NCBI GenBank assembly: GCA_023460315.1
Contig: JAEWQO010000096.1
Location: 8,587-72,586, forward strand
Direction: 5' to 3'
From: Actinomycetes bacterium
Lineage (GTDB): Bacteria; Actinomycetota; Coriobacteriia; Coriobacteriales; Eggerthellaceae
DNA length: 64,000 nt
The position numbers and the translations under genes were made by a program. The notes under the pieces are model-generated. The model searched no databases and had not been told where the DNA came from. It worked only from the letters and a program-made list of their open reading frames with translations. Numbering within the stretch: the first letter of the stretch is position 1; every line of letters starts with the position of its first letter. This document shows, one piece after another, positions 53,407-62,646 of the stretch.

Positions 53407-53500
53407 CGACCGCCCACCGCCATCCTCGCAGGAGGTTTCCGCGAAGCGGACCCGATCCAAGAGCCGAACGGTCACGGGAAGAGAACTTGTCAAGCGACTT

Positions 53501-53633
53501 TGATGGCAGAAACGGCCCCGGCAGGGAAGCTCGATCCAAACGGTGCGGGGCGAAACGGGGAAGTCAGGCGGCATGCAGGGGCTGGCATCGGAGTTCCCTC
53601 GGTGGCCAGCCCCTTGGGCCGTTTCTGCCGTCA
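53501..53633. other. Nested inverted repeats (17-bp outer stem, 10-bp inner stem) in the convergent MFS/asnB gap
   Basis: Outer: TGATGGCAGAAACGGCC (53501-53517) versus GGCCGTTTCTGCCGTCA (53617-53633), 16/17 complementary (13 perfect). Inner: AGGGGCTGGC (53577-53586) versus GCCAGCCCCT (53605-53614). The strand of any transcript is unknown. Confidence 0.8.
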
Positions 53634-53718
53634 AGCCGTGCCTCGGCAGGCGCTGTGCTCGCCAGGCTCGCCTTCCTGGTCTCCCGATCGTGCCGCGTCC
53701 GATCCCCTCTCCTGAAGG

Positions 53719-53752
53719 AGCTGGACGGAAGGCTCTCGTTTTCCGTCCAGCT
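53719..53752 (-). terminator. Hairpin 38 nt downstream of the asnB stop (putative U-tract-less terminator)
   Basis: AGCTGGACGGAA (53719-53730) pairs with TTCCGTCCAGCT (53741-53752) and is extendable by G.U/C-G pairs into the 10-nt loop. No U run follows, so terminator function is uncertain. Confidence 0.4.
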
Positions 53753-53789
53753 ATCGAAGATCACTTCAAGAGGAACCTTTGAAGGTGCA

Positions 53790-55751
53790 TCACGCAACGT
53801 TTGTTTTCGGCGCCAGCTTTTCAGAAGATGCTCCAAAGAACACTTCATACCAGCACAAGAAACAGTAGATGTTCCAGATGCGCATCATCTTGAGTTTGGA
53901 GCGGCCTTCGGTGGTGGAGAAGTCGGCGCTGCGATGGTCATCGAGCATCTTGACCAGGTAATCCACGTTGAAGAACTCATGAGCCGCCTCTCCCGTGAAC
54001 GCCTTCTTGATGCGATCGTAGTAGAGGTCGGTCTGCAGCCACACCGTGAGCGGCGTGATGAAGGGCTGTTTGGGCATGTTCGCCACCCGCTTTTGGAAGC
54101 CAAGCTTGCTCGCCGCCACGCGCAACGCGTACTTGGAATGCTCGTCATCGACTCGGCAGGCGGTCGGCAGCTGCAGGGCAACGTCAAGCACTTTTTTGTC
54201 CAAGAACGGAACACGCAGCTCAAGCGACTGAGCCATGGACATCTTGTCAGCCTTGAGGCAGATGTCGAAGGGCATGTAGCTAACCATGTCCACATACTGG
54301 GTCTGAGTGATCACGTCGACTCCCTGCTTGGCCGCCTCGTCGAAGTGGGGCTTGCACCACTCCCATGGCCTGCAGGGACCTTCATAGCCCTTGAGGACGT
54401 CGGGAACCTCGTCCCACATGTAGTTCATCGAAGCGCGCTGATAGGACTTCTCCGGGCCGCCAGACCCACGCATGGCAAACCGCCGGCCATGGAACGGCGG
54501 AAGCAGCTCGGCCACGAAACCGGCGGCTTCACGCAGGGGGCGCGGCACCTTGAAGTACTTCTCGAATTCGAACTGGTCGTGATAGATCCAGTAGCCCCCG
54601 AAAAGCTCGTCAGCCCCTTCGCCCGACTGCACGACCTTCACCTGCTGACGCGCAAGCTTCGACACGAAGAACAGGGGGATGGCGCTTGGCGCACCCAGCG
54701 GCTCATCCATATGGTATTGCTCGGTGGGCACGATATCCAGAAATTCCTCGGCAGTCACCTGCGTCTCGAAGTTCGGCAGCTGGGCCCATTCGGCGAATGC
54801 CCGCGAGTCGTCCAGCTCGTTCAGCTTGATGTCAAAATCGGGAATGGCATCGATTTCGGCCATCTTGTCCTCGCACCCGATGTCATAGCCCACCGAGAAG
54901 GTCTTGACCTCGTCGGCGTGCTGCCCCATGCAGTACGCCGCAAGCGAGGAGTCGATGCCTCCCGACAGGAAGCTTCCGATCTCCACGTCAGCAATCTCAT
55001 GCGCCGCCACCGACTCGTCAAACGCCGCGTTGACGATGTCGGCCCACTCGTCGAGGCTCTTCGATTCATCGATCCGGTAAGTGATGTGATAAAAGCATTC
55101 CGTCCGCACCTCACCGTCTTCGAACACCATGAAATGGCCAGGCAGCAGCTTGTGGACGCCGGCGAACATCGTCTGGGAATCGTTCAGGTACTCGAAGCAC
55201 AGGTACTGCGGCAGCATGTCCCGGTTCAATTCCTTGTGAAACGCCGGATGCGCGAGGAAGGCCTTGATCTCGCTGCCATAGATGAGACGCCCGCCGTCAT
55301 GCTGATAGTAGAGCGGCTTGATGCCAAACAGATCGCGCGCGCACACGAGACGCTTCGCCTTGGCATCCCATATGGCGATGGCGAACATGCCGCGCAGCTT
55401 CTCAAACACGTCAGTTCCCCACGCCTCATAGCCGTGGACGACGGTTTCGGTGTCCCCCTGCGTCTTGAACTCGTATCCCAAGGATTCCAACTCGGCACGC
55501 AACTCTTGGAAGTTGTATATCTCGCCGTTGAACGTGACGGTCACGCTGCCGTCGGCATTCTGCATGGGCTGACGGCTTCCCTCAAGGTCAATGATGGAAA
55601 GGCGTCGAAACCCCATCGCGATGCCGTCAGTGACGAAAAAACCTTCGTCATCGGGTCCCCGGTGAGCAATGCGATCGGCCATGTCCTTGACGATGGCCTC
55701 GTTGATCTGCTGGCCGTAATCGACGGTGGTGAATCCCACGAAACCGCACAT
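53790..55751 (-). CDS. asnB: Asparagine synthase (glutamine-hydrolysing), AsnB family amidotransferase
   Basis: ORF 53790..55751(-), 653 aa. Ntn Cys2 start MCGFVGF, HRGPDD, and the PP-loop SFLSGGIDSS. Confidence 0.93.
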   Translation of the reverse strand: MCGFVGFTTVDYGQQINEAIVKDMADRIAHRGPDDEGFFVTDGIAMGFRRLSIIDLEGSRQPMQNADGSVTVTFNGEIYNFQELRAELESLGYEFKTQGDTETVVHGYEAWGTDVFEKLRGMFAIAIWDAKAKRLVCARDLFGIKPLYYQHDGGRLIYGSEIKAFLAHPAFHKELNRDMLPQYLCFEYLNDSQTMFAGVHKLLPGHFMVFEDGEVRTECFYHITYRIDESKSLDEWADIVNAAFDESVAAHEIADVEIGSFLSGGIDSSLAAYCMGQHADEVKTFSVGYDIGCEDKMAEIDAIPDFDIKLNELDDSRAFAEWAQLPNFETQVTAEEFLDIVPTEQYHMDEPLGAPSAIPLFFVSKLARQQVKVVQSGEGADELFGGYWIYHDQFEFEKYFKVPRPLREAAGFVAELLPPFHGRRFAMRGSGGPEKSYQRASMNYMWDEVPDVLKGYEGPCRPWEWCKPHFDEAAKQGVDVITQTQYVDMVSYMPFDICLKADKMSMAQSLELRVPFLDKKVLDVALQLPTACRVDDEHSKYALRVAASKLGFQKRVANMPKQPFITPLTVWLQTDLYYDRIKKAFTGEAAHEFFNVDYLVKMLDDHRSADFSTTEGRSKLKMMRIWNIYCFLCWYEVFFGASSEKLAPKTNVA

Positions 55752-55953
55752 GCTGCAACTCCTGTTCTGCGTGCCGCCGGATCTCGTCTGTCGTCGAATG
55801 CCGAAGCGGTCGTCCTCTTCTCAGTGTCTCGGCCATGATACGCCAACCTGCATCGATGTGGACACTTTTCACGAAACGCGCGGGTTGCCACCCCCCTCTG
55901 GCTTGGTATGGGATAATGGCAGAGCATCTCGATTCAAAAGGAGACCTGAGCAT

Positions 55954-57324
55954 ATGCCTGCAGCATCGCAAGAAGCTTCGGTTCGCACGTCAACCCCACG
56001 CCAGACGCGAAGCACCCCCCTCGACGGAACGGCCCCCACAACGGCGCCGGCTCGCCTCGAGAAAGCTTCAGACGTAAGGGACCGGCTCCAACCCGTCATC
56101 GTGGGCGGCGACATCCTCGCCTACAGCTACGTGCGGGAGCTTCATCGCGCCTATGGCATCGATCACACCATCGTGCTGGCCACCCAAGACATCAAGATGC
56201 TCTCGTCAAGCCGCTTCACGGACTATCGGCTGGAGTCCCGCATCCACGAGCCCGAAGGCCTGTACGACGCGCTCGAGCGCGTGGCGCGCGAGACCCATGC
56301 GGCCGACCCCGGACGTCTGCTGCTTGTGCTGGGCTGCGATGACTGCCACGCACGCATGTTGTCGGCCGGCAAGGACCGGCTCGAGGCGGCTGGGTACACC
56401 GTGCCCTACATCGACTTTCCCCTGCTTGACGACATCACCCAGAAGCGCCGCTTCTATGAGCTGTGCGGCGAATTGGACATTCCCTACCCCCAGACATGGT
56501 ATTTCGACTGCGGCGAAGGTCCCGACGAACTTGCCGCCGAGGACTTCTCCTATCCACTCATCGCCAAACCGTCGAACTCCGCCCTGTTCCAAGACGCGTC
56601 CATTCCCCGCAAGCGCAAGATCTACGAGATAGAAAACGCCGAGGAACTGGCGCAAGTGTGGCACGACATCCGCACGTCGGACTATGATGGGGAGCTCGTG
56701 GTGCAGGACTTCGTGCCCGGCGGGGATGACGCCATCCGCACGTTGACCACCTTCTCGGATGCGGAGGGCACGCTGCGCGTGGTGTCCGGAGGCGTCGTCT
56801 GCCTGCAGGATCACGATCCCACCGCGCTCGGCAATCCGCTGTGCATCATGGGAGAACGCGAGGACGAGATCATCGCCTGCGCCGCACGGTTTCTCAAGCG
56901 CACCGGATATCGGGGGTTCGCAAATTTTGACATCAAATACGACGAGAGGGACGGCACGTTCCGATTCTTCGAAGTCAACACGCGCTGCGGGCGCAATACC
57001 TACTACCTGAGCCTCGGCGGCGTGAACTTCGTCACGCTCATCGTGCGGGAATTCCTATTGGGTGAGAAGATTGACTACCGGGAAGCCTACGACCCGTTTG
57101 TGTATTCCTGCGTGCCGCGCTATGTGCTGGACCGCAGCATGGAGAACCGAGGCAGGTTGCAGCATGCTCTTGAAGTGCTGCAACGGACCGAGAACCCCTA
57201 CCCGCTCCAGTACATGCCGGACTCGTTTCTTCACAACCTCTGGGCACGTGTCATGTACTTGAATCAGATTCCGAAGTTCAAGCGATTCTATTGGGACACC
57301 GGCGGCAAGCAGCTGAAGGCCTAA
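55954..57324 (+). CDS. ATP-grasp carboxylate--amine ligase, resembles the D-aspartate ligase (Asl) family
   Basis: Internal ATG 55954 of ORF 55726..57324, preceded by AAAGGAG. After a 45-aa Thr/Pro/Ala/Arg-rich leader comes VIVGGDILAYSYVRELHRAYGI..., then the ATP-grasp core (YPLIAKPSNS, ELVVQDFVPGGD, GFANFDIKYDERDGTFRFFEVNTRCGRN) and a C-terminal IPKFKRFYW. The Asl-family resemblance is from memory of Enterococcus/Lactococcus Asl sequences and was not searched. Confidence 0.75.
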   Translation: MPAASQEASVRTSTPRQTRSTPLDGTAPTTAPARLEKASDVRDRLQPVIVGGDILAYSYVRELHRAYGIDHTIVLATQDIKMLSSSRFTDYRLESRIHEPEGLYDALERVARETHAADPGRLLLVLGCDDCHARMLSAGKDRLEAAGYTVPYIDFPLLDDITQKRRFYELCGELDIPYPQTWYFDCGEGPDELAAEDFSYPLIAKPSNSALFQDASIPRKRKIYEIENAEELAQVWHDIRTSDYDGELVVQDFVPGGDDAIRTLTTFSDAEGTLRVVSGGVVCLQDHDPTALGNPLCIMGEREDEIIACAARFLKRTGYRGFANFDIKYDERDGTFRFFEVNTRCGRNTYYLSLGGVNFVTLIVREFLLGEKIDYREAYDPFVYSCVPRYVLDRSMENRGRLQHALEVLQRTENPYPLQYMPDSFLHNLWARVMYLNQIPKFKRFYWDTGGKQLKA

Positions 57325-57863
57325 GGAGACGCTGAAAGCTTTTTATCGATGACTTTCCTACTTCTATTTGAGGTTGGACACTTTTTTCGACTTTGAGGAA
57401 GAGAAGTGCGTTTTTGAGCAGAAGTTTGGCCCTCCTGGTGCACTTTTCTGCGGCACGGGAGGCGCGAGGATTCCGTCACTTTTTATCATGGTCTCTGACC
57501 TGCGGATTTACCCGACGTTTTTGAGGCATCCATCGCAAACGGATCGCCGGCCGCCTCACGACTGCTGCAAGTCGAAAAAAACGTCCCTGCCTGAAACGAG
57601 GATGAGGGATTTCGGATTCCGATCATGCCCTCACTCACGGGGCGGACGTCGAGCCTTGGAAGACACGACCGACTCCCATCGGACCCGTCTTCCAGCCAAT
57701 CCGCTCCCGAATCGTCACGACAACCTCTCAGAACAGGCCATGATCGGTGTCCGCAGAGGACGGCAGACATGACGCCATACTGCGAACACCGCTGCAGAGA
57801 AGCACGCTTCGAACCTGAGCGAAATCCCACCTGCTCCCGTCGGCAGTGCCTCAATGCAGCCCG

Positions 57864-58661
57864 CTACACCGGTCGACGGTGTCCTTCCTCGGTGGTGAGA
57901 ATGACAGGTCCCTCTTCCGTGATGGCAACCGTCTTCTCAAAGTGAGCTGATGGCTTGCCGTCGCGCGTGCACACCAGCCAGCCATCCGACATCTGACGCG
58001 TCTTGTGCGTCCCCTCGTTGATCATCGGCTCGATGGCCAGCACCATGCCTGCCTCCAGCTTCATGCCGGTATGGCGACGCCCATAGTTCGGCACGTTCGG
58101 ATCCTCATGCATGTCTCGGCCGATGCCGTGCCCGACATATTCGCGCACGACCCCATAGCCCGCGTTTTCCGCAATCTCCTGGACTGCAGCTCCGATGTCA
58201 CCCAGCCGATTGCCGGGACGAGCCGCGTCAAGGCCGGCCCACATGCATTTTTCTGTCGTATCCAGCAGACGACGCTTCTCCGGGCTGACAGAGCCGACAG
58301 GATACGTCCAGGCATTGTCGCCCACCCATCCATCCACGATGGCTCCGGTGTCAATGGAGATGATGTCTCCCTCCCGCAACACAACGCTGCTGGAGGGAAT
58401 GCCATGGACAATCTGCTCGTTGAGCGATGCGCAGATCGACCCGGGGAACCCTCCATATCCCTTGAATGCGGGAATGCCGCCCTCCAAACGGATTATGGTC
58501 TCGGCCAACTCGTCAAGCTCGAGCGTCGTGACGCCCGGACGAACGTGGCTACCGACTTCGCGCAGCACTTTTGCCGAAATGCGGCCTGCTTCCTTCATTG
58601 CCTCGATCTCGGAGGGGGATTTCTTGATGATCATGCGACGGAGCACCTTCTTTTTTGCCAT
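57864..58661 (-). CDS. map: Methionine aminopeptidase, type I
   Basis: ORF 57864..58661(-), 265 aa. Metal ligands sit in the contexts ISIDTGAIVDGWVGDNAWT, YVGHGIG, LAIEPMI and the FEKTVAIT-type E residue. Confidence 0.95.
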   Translation of the reverse strand: MAKKKVLRRMIIKKSPSEIEAMKEAGRISAKVLREVGSHVRPGVTTLELDELAETIIRLEGGIPAFKGYGGFPGSICASLNEQIVHGIPSSSVVLREGDIISIDTGAIVDGWVGDNAWTYPVGSVSPEKRRLLDTTEKCMWAGLDAARPGNRLGDIGAAVQEIAENAGYGVVREYVGHGIGRDMHEDPNVPNYGRRHTGMKLEAGMVLAIEPMINEGTHKTRQMSDGWLVCTRDGKPSAHFEKTVAITEEGPVILTTEEGHRRPV

Positions 58662-58860
58662 GGCGTAAGTATGATGCCGTCAGTATAGCATTCATGGAGC
58701 AGGCGCAGGAGAGACGCCTGCCACCGTCGAACAGCGCAGTTGAGCCACAGGAGCGCGTTGGACGGCAGGATTTTGATGAGGGCCTCAACCCTTGAGAGGA
58801 GCCAAGGCGCGGGCGCACGAAACGATGCCAAATCAGAAGGGAGACAACAGCGAGGCCTGT

Positions 58861-59067
58861 TCAGCGGCCGTCCGCATTCTCCCCTTCCCCATTCCCCGGG
58901 TCAGACGGAGTCGAGCCTGCCGCCAGCCTTCCCGCATCCTTGAGCGCCCGACGAAGAATGAACTCGACTTGCGCGTTCACGCTCCGCAGGTCATCGGCAG
59001 CCCATTTCTCGATGGCTGACCAAACCTCCGAATCGACACGGAGAGGATATTGTTTTCGCTTCGCCAT
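58861..59067 (-). CDS. Arc/MetJ-type ribbon-helix-helix DNA-binding protein (68 aa)
   Basis: ORF 58861..59067(-). MAKRKQYPLRVDSEVWSAIEKWAADDLRSVNAQVEFILRRALKDAG fits the Arc-like RHH pattern (beta strand YPLRV plus two helices). A Gly/Pro/Glu tail follows. Confidence 0.7.
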   Translation of the reverse strand: MAKRKQYPLRVDSEVWSAIEKWAADDLRSVNAQVEFILRRALKDAGRLAAGSTPSDPGNGEGENADGR

Positions 59068-59078
59068 ACCGTCACCGC

Positions 59079-59112
59079 GCGAGGCTGCGCACCCCGAGGA
59101 TCGCAGCCTCGC
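59079..59112 (-). other. Intercistronic hairpin (11-bp stem) between the SPFH gene and the Arc-like gene
   Basis: GCGAGGCTGCG (59079-59089) pairs with CGCAGCCTCGC (59102-59112) across a 12-nt loop. It lies in the 53-nt gap between the SPFH stop (59121) and the Arc-like ATG (59067). Confidence 0.8.
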
Positions 59113-59120
59113 ACCTTTCC

Positions 59121-60125
59121 CTACTGATACAGCGTTCCCGTGTTCAAAACGGGCTGCGCGTCCGATTCACTGCACAGCACGACCATGAGATTCGACACCA
59201 TGGCGGCCTTTCGTTCGTCATCCAAGTCTACCACGTTCTTTGTCGACAGTTCCTCCAACGCCATGTCGACCATGCCAACAGCGCCTTGCACTATCTTCTC
59301 GCGTGCAGCGATTACCGCATCAGCCTGCTGACGACGCAGCATTGCCTGGGCGATTTCTGGCGCATAGGCGAGATGGGTGAGCCGCGCGTCGTCGATCACG
59401 ACGCCCGCTTTCTCCAATCGCACGGCCAACTCGTCTTTGAGGGCGGCCGAGACCTCCTCGATGTTGCTGCGAAGCGTGATCTCGTCCTCGGTTGCGCCGG
59501 GCATCTGGTCGTAGGCATAGGTGGTGGCAACGTGGCGCAGGGCAGTCTCGCTCTGCGTGTGCACATAGGAGTTGTAGTCGTCCACGTCGAACAATGCCTT
59601 GGCGGTGTTTTCCACGCGCCATACGATGACGTCGGCGATCTCGATGGGGTTGCCGCACTTGTCATTCACCTTGAGATGCTCGCCGTTGTACGTGCGGGCA
59701 CGCAAGGACAGCTTGGTGGAAAGCGGCACGACCTTGTCCTGGACATTCGTTACTCCCGTCTTGCGCGAATAGAATGGGTTTGCCCAGTGAAAGCCTTCAT
59801 CGCGAACGGTGCCCCGATAATCGCCGAACAGGATGAGCACACGGGCCTGATTGGGTTGGATGGTGAAGAAGCCCATCAACATGAGCAGAGGCGCAACGCA
59901 CACGGCCACAATGCCCACCACCAGCAACACCACGCCCAAAGCTTGCGTTCCTGTGACGATGGGGTCCTCATCAGAAGGCAGCATGATTGCCCCCGCCACG
60001 ATCATGCCGATGCATGCGGCAGTCACGACGACCGTGAGCAGCAGCATGGGCCAACCGCTCTTTGCCTGCATATCCTTTTCCACGGATGCGCCGCCCTCGT
60101 TGAGGGCACCCTTATAGGCAGTCAT
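59121..60125 (-). CDS. SPFH / band-7 (stomatin-prohibitin-flotillin-HflK/C) domain membrane protein
   Basis: ORF 59121..60125(-), 334 aa. Two N-terminal TM helices are followed by the SPFH core (FFTIQPNQARVLILFGDYRGTVRDEGFHWANPFY...IEIADVIVWRVENTAKALFDVDDY...ALRHVATTY...) and an Ala/Gln-rich coiled region (APEIAQAMLRRQQADAVIAAREKIV). Confidence 0.85.
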   Translation of the reverse strand: MTAYKGALNEGGASVEKDMQAKSGWPMLLLTVVVTAACIGMIVAGAIMLPSDEDPIVTGTQALGVVLLVVGIVAVCVAPLLMLMGFFTIQPNQARVLILFGDYRGTVRDEGFHWANPFYSRKTGVTNVQDKVVPLSTKLSLRARTYNGEHLKVNDKCGNPIEIADVIVWRVENTAKALFDVDDYNSYVHTQSETALRHVATTYAYDQMPGATEDEITLRSNIEEVSAALKDELAVRLEKAGVVIDDARLTHLAYAPEIAQAMLRRQQADAVIAAREKIVQGAVGMVDMALEELSTKNVVDLDDERKAAMVSNLMVVLCSESDAQPVLNTGTLYQ

Positions 60126-60196
60126 AGCTCGTCCCTTTCTCGCACAGAAGTTTGTCTCAATTCCAGGGAACCCGATGTTCTCCAGCTTTGATATTT

Positions 60197-60210
60197 ATAT
60201 GATATCATAT
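60197..60210. repeat. Perfect 14-bp AT-rich palindrome ATATGATATCATAT upstream of the SPFH-Arc pair
   Basis: 60197-60210 equals its own reverse complement. It lies 72-85 bp upstream of the SPFH ATG (60125), at the left edge of the low-GC segment. Confidence 0.9.
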
Positions 60211-60707
60211 TGAAATCTACCGTGCAAAGATAAAGCTTCACGCACAATCGGCATCCTGTCGAATTATCCCCATCCGAGGAAGAAAGAAGAAAGAGAGAAA
60301 CTGGCGAGGAAGCTTCTTTTTACAAAGAGCAAGATAAAGGAGAGCAAAGCAAAGCTTGCGAGACCTTGTCTGGCAAATTCCCTTTATCTGCAAGACCGAG
60401 CAGGATTCTGAAGTATGTTCCTCGAGAACGAAAGGCAAGGTCTGTCACGAAAACTTTGGCTTTATCGGAGAACGCCGCAAAGTCACCCCTCTCTGCCATC
60501 TCCCATAAAACCAGTATCCGACCACAGCAAGAATTGATCGACGCCTTGGAAGTGTTGACCTCTCGGAAAGAACGAAGGATAGGGATGGGCCTCCCTTGGG
60601 GGAAGTTGGGCTACTTTGGGAGCAAAGCCATCCTCGACGGCATTATGCCGTTGGTCAGGGCGTGTTTTTCGTGCTGCCGTTTAATCGTGGACTTCCGAAT
60701 TCAAGTT

Positions 60708-61496
60708 TCAGGCAAGCTCTTCGAAGAGTGGCACGAGTGCCCTTTTGTAGGGGTTGTCGTCGTTTTTGAGAACATCGTATAGTTCGATTGCCTGTAGGGG
60801 CAACCATTGTTTGACACGGGCAGGGTCCATGCCGCTTTCCCGAAGGTACCGCTTCAGGTATTCGTCGGCCAACTGTTTGTCTGACATCAGCGTCACCGCA
60901 TAGCTATGCGCGACGTCTCCTGCCGGGTCACCTATCGTGGCAGAGTCCCAATCTATCACGGTGTAGTTTGTCCCATCGAACAGGATGTTGCGAGGATGAT
61001 AATCATTGTGGCACAAACGGTCCCCCTCGGGGAGTCTGTCTATGAGCTGCAATACGTTGGTCTTATAGGGTTCTCCCATCCCGAAATAGTGTTGGAAATA
61101 AGTCCGATAAAACGTTTTAGCATCTCCCAATCCTTCGACGCCTGCGGAATGCATCTTAATCTGCATTGCCACCATCATATCTAGGTGGTGTTCGAGCGCG
61201 GAGGAGTTTTTTGTGCGGATGCATTCGATCATGGTCTCCATCAGCTCATCGCCCTCGACATAGCGTGTCGCGATGACGCAATGCCCCGCCTCTTTGTAGA
61301 CGCCTTCAAGGTTGGCAATAGGTAGGTCGACGTTCTCCACCACAGCGAGAGCAAAGGACTCCCGCAATGCGTCGAGGAGCGTATGATTCTGGGTAAGCAC
61401 CTTGATTGCCAAACCCTTCTTGCGATAAACGCGACATTGCGCTCCTCGGCCGACGGCTTGGCCGTATTTCGCTTCAAAGTGTGACCACTTATTCAT
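60708..61496 (-). CDS. Protein-kinase-fold phosphotransferase (APH / choline-kinase-like family)
   Basis: ORF 60708..61622(-), with the start set at ATG 61496 (MNKWSHFEAKYGQ...), 8 nt after AAGGA. ATP-Lys context LAIKVL, catalytic loop CHNDYHPRNILF (HxDxxxxN), metal-binding VIDWDSATIGDPAGDVAH. G+C is visibly lower than in the flanks. Confidence 0.75.
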   Translation of the reverse strand: MNKWSHFEAKYGQAVGRGAQCRVYRKKGLAIKVLTQNHTLLDALRESFALAVVENVDLPIANLEGVYKEAGHCVIATRYVEGDELMETMIECIRTKNSSALEHHLDMMVAMQIKMHSAGVEGLGDAKTFYRTYFQHYFGMGEPYKTNVLQLIDRLPEGDRLCHNDYHPRNILFDGTNYTVIDWDSATIGDPAGDVAHSYAVTLMSDKQLADEYLKRYLRESGMDPARVKQWLPLQAIELYDVLKNDDNPYKRALVPLFEELA

Positions 61497-61539
61497 TTTC
61501 CCCATCCTTTCGCTTTCATAGCTCAAATACGATCTTCCC

Positions 61540-62646
61540 TCAGGTTTTGAATTGGTCTTTTGCGGTCTTGGTATATCGAGCGATGACTTTCTGGCCATAA
61601 TCCGGCTGGAGACAGCGAGCAAGGACGATTTTTGTGATGAATCTCGCGGCGAGCATACCCCAGGCCGTGATCACTATGGTGAATTGATAAAAATTGAGTT
61701 CGTCGAATCCGAATATCCAGGCAACCAGAGATAGACATACCGCAGAGATGATCGACACGGGGATGCACATAAACAGGGTAAGCCCAACTTTGCTTTTCGG
61801 CATCCATGAAAGACCTCTGTTCTTTGGGATAAAGGAATCTTCGGCCGCCGAACCATTGGTGGCCAGTCGGCTCAGTATCTGTTCGTTGGTCGCATTCACC
61901 ACAGGGGCGACTCCCATGGCGCAGGTGAGAATGCCGAAGAATATACCGCTTATCCAAATGCTGGAACCCAGAGTGGGTTTAATGAGTACGCTCGTCCCTT
62001 GAATCACAACCCCGCCGAAAAGCAAGCCGAAAGTAAGGTTCATGCCCAGATTGGCTACTACGCTGTCGAATACCGTTCTGAACGTGCTCATTCTGGGCAA
62101 GGGATTCTTAACGTTTTCGGTGCCTTCGTATGTCACGGTTTTTCTATCCAGACAATCCGATTGCACGAAACGGAAAATGACGTACTCGATGATCACTGCG
62201 GAAAGCACGCAAGAATAGATTATTTTCCAGACCAAAAAGGGCACGAAGCGGAATTCGGTGATTTCGAAGAACAAGATCAGGAGCCAACTGATAAGCACCA
62301 TGATCAAACCAAAACAGAGCGCGAACAAAAGAGCGAGAGCAAACGGATTCTTGGGTAGATGCATCATGAACGGACTTGCTGGAACATCTGCAGGAATTTC
62401 TCCGCGCTGAGAAGCTTTGTCCAGGAGATAGCGAACGGCATAGACATTTATGAATGAGGTGATGATCCCACAAATAAACAAATCTGCCAACACGTCAAAT
62501 AGCACGATTGGACGTCCGAAGAAAATAAAGGCACATGCCAAATTGATGACCACCGTCAAAGTGATGACCCATACATTGTTCAGATAAGGTAATCCGACAA
62601 ACAGCTTCTTGCGATTATTCCCAGATTCTGCCGATATATGAGACAT
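61540..62646 (-). CDS. Hypothetical 8-TM membrane protein built from an internal 4-TM duplication
   Basis: ORF 61540..62868(-), with the start set at ATG 62646 (MSHISAESGNNRKK...), 6 nt after AAGGGGA. The two halves align by eye: HLPKNPFALALLFALCFGLIMVLISWLLILFFEITEFRFVPFLVWKIIYSCVLSAVIIEYVIFRFVQSD versus WMPKSKVGLTLFMCIPVSIISAVCLSLVAWIFGFDELNFYQFTIVITAWGMLAARFITKIVLARCLQPD. I recognised no family. Confidence 0.65.
   Translation of the reverse strand: MSHISAESGNNRKKLFVGLPYLNNVWVITLTVVINLACAFIFFGRPIVLFDVLADLFICGIITSFINVYAVRYLLDKASQRGEIPADVPASPFMMHLPKNPFALALLFALCFGLIMVLISWLLILFFEITEFRFVPFLVWKIIYSCVLSAVIIEYVIFRFVQSDCLDRKTVTYEGTENVKNPLPRMSTFRTVFDSVVANLGMNLTFGLLFGGVVIQGTSVLIKPTLGSSIWISGIFFGILTCAMGVAPVVNATNEQILSRLATNGSAAEDSFIPKNRGLSWMPKSKVGLTLFMCIPVSIISAVCLSLVAWIFGFDELNFYQFTIVITAWGMLAARFITKIVLARCLQPDYGQKVIARYTKTAKDQFKT

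Noticed and set aside
53487-55838. A 783-aa ORF on the plus strand, the longest ORF in the track.
   Set aside because: It lies exactly antisense to the asnB gene, which has unmistakable family motifs (MCGFVGF, SGGIDSS). The product is Arg/Leu/Gly/His-rich with no domain signature. This is the classic stop-codon-poor shadow ORF of high-GC DNA.
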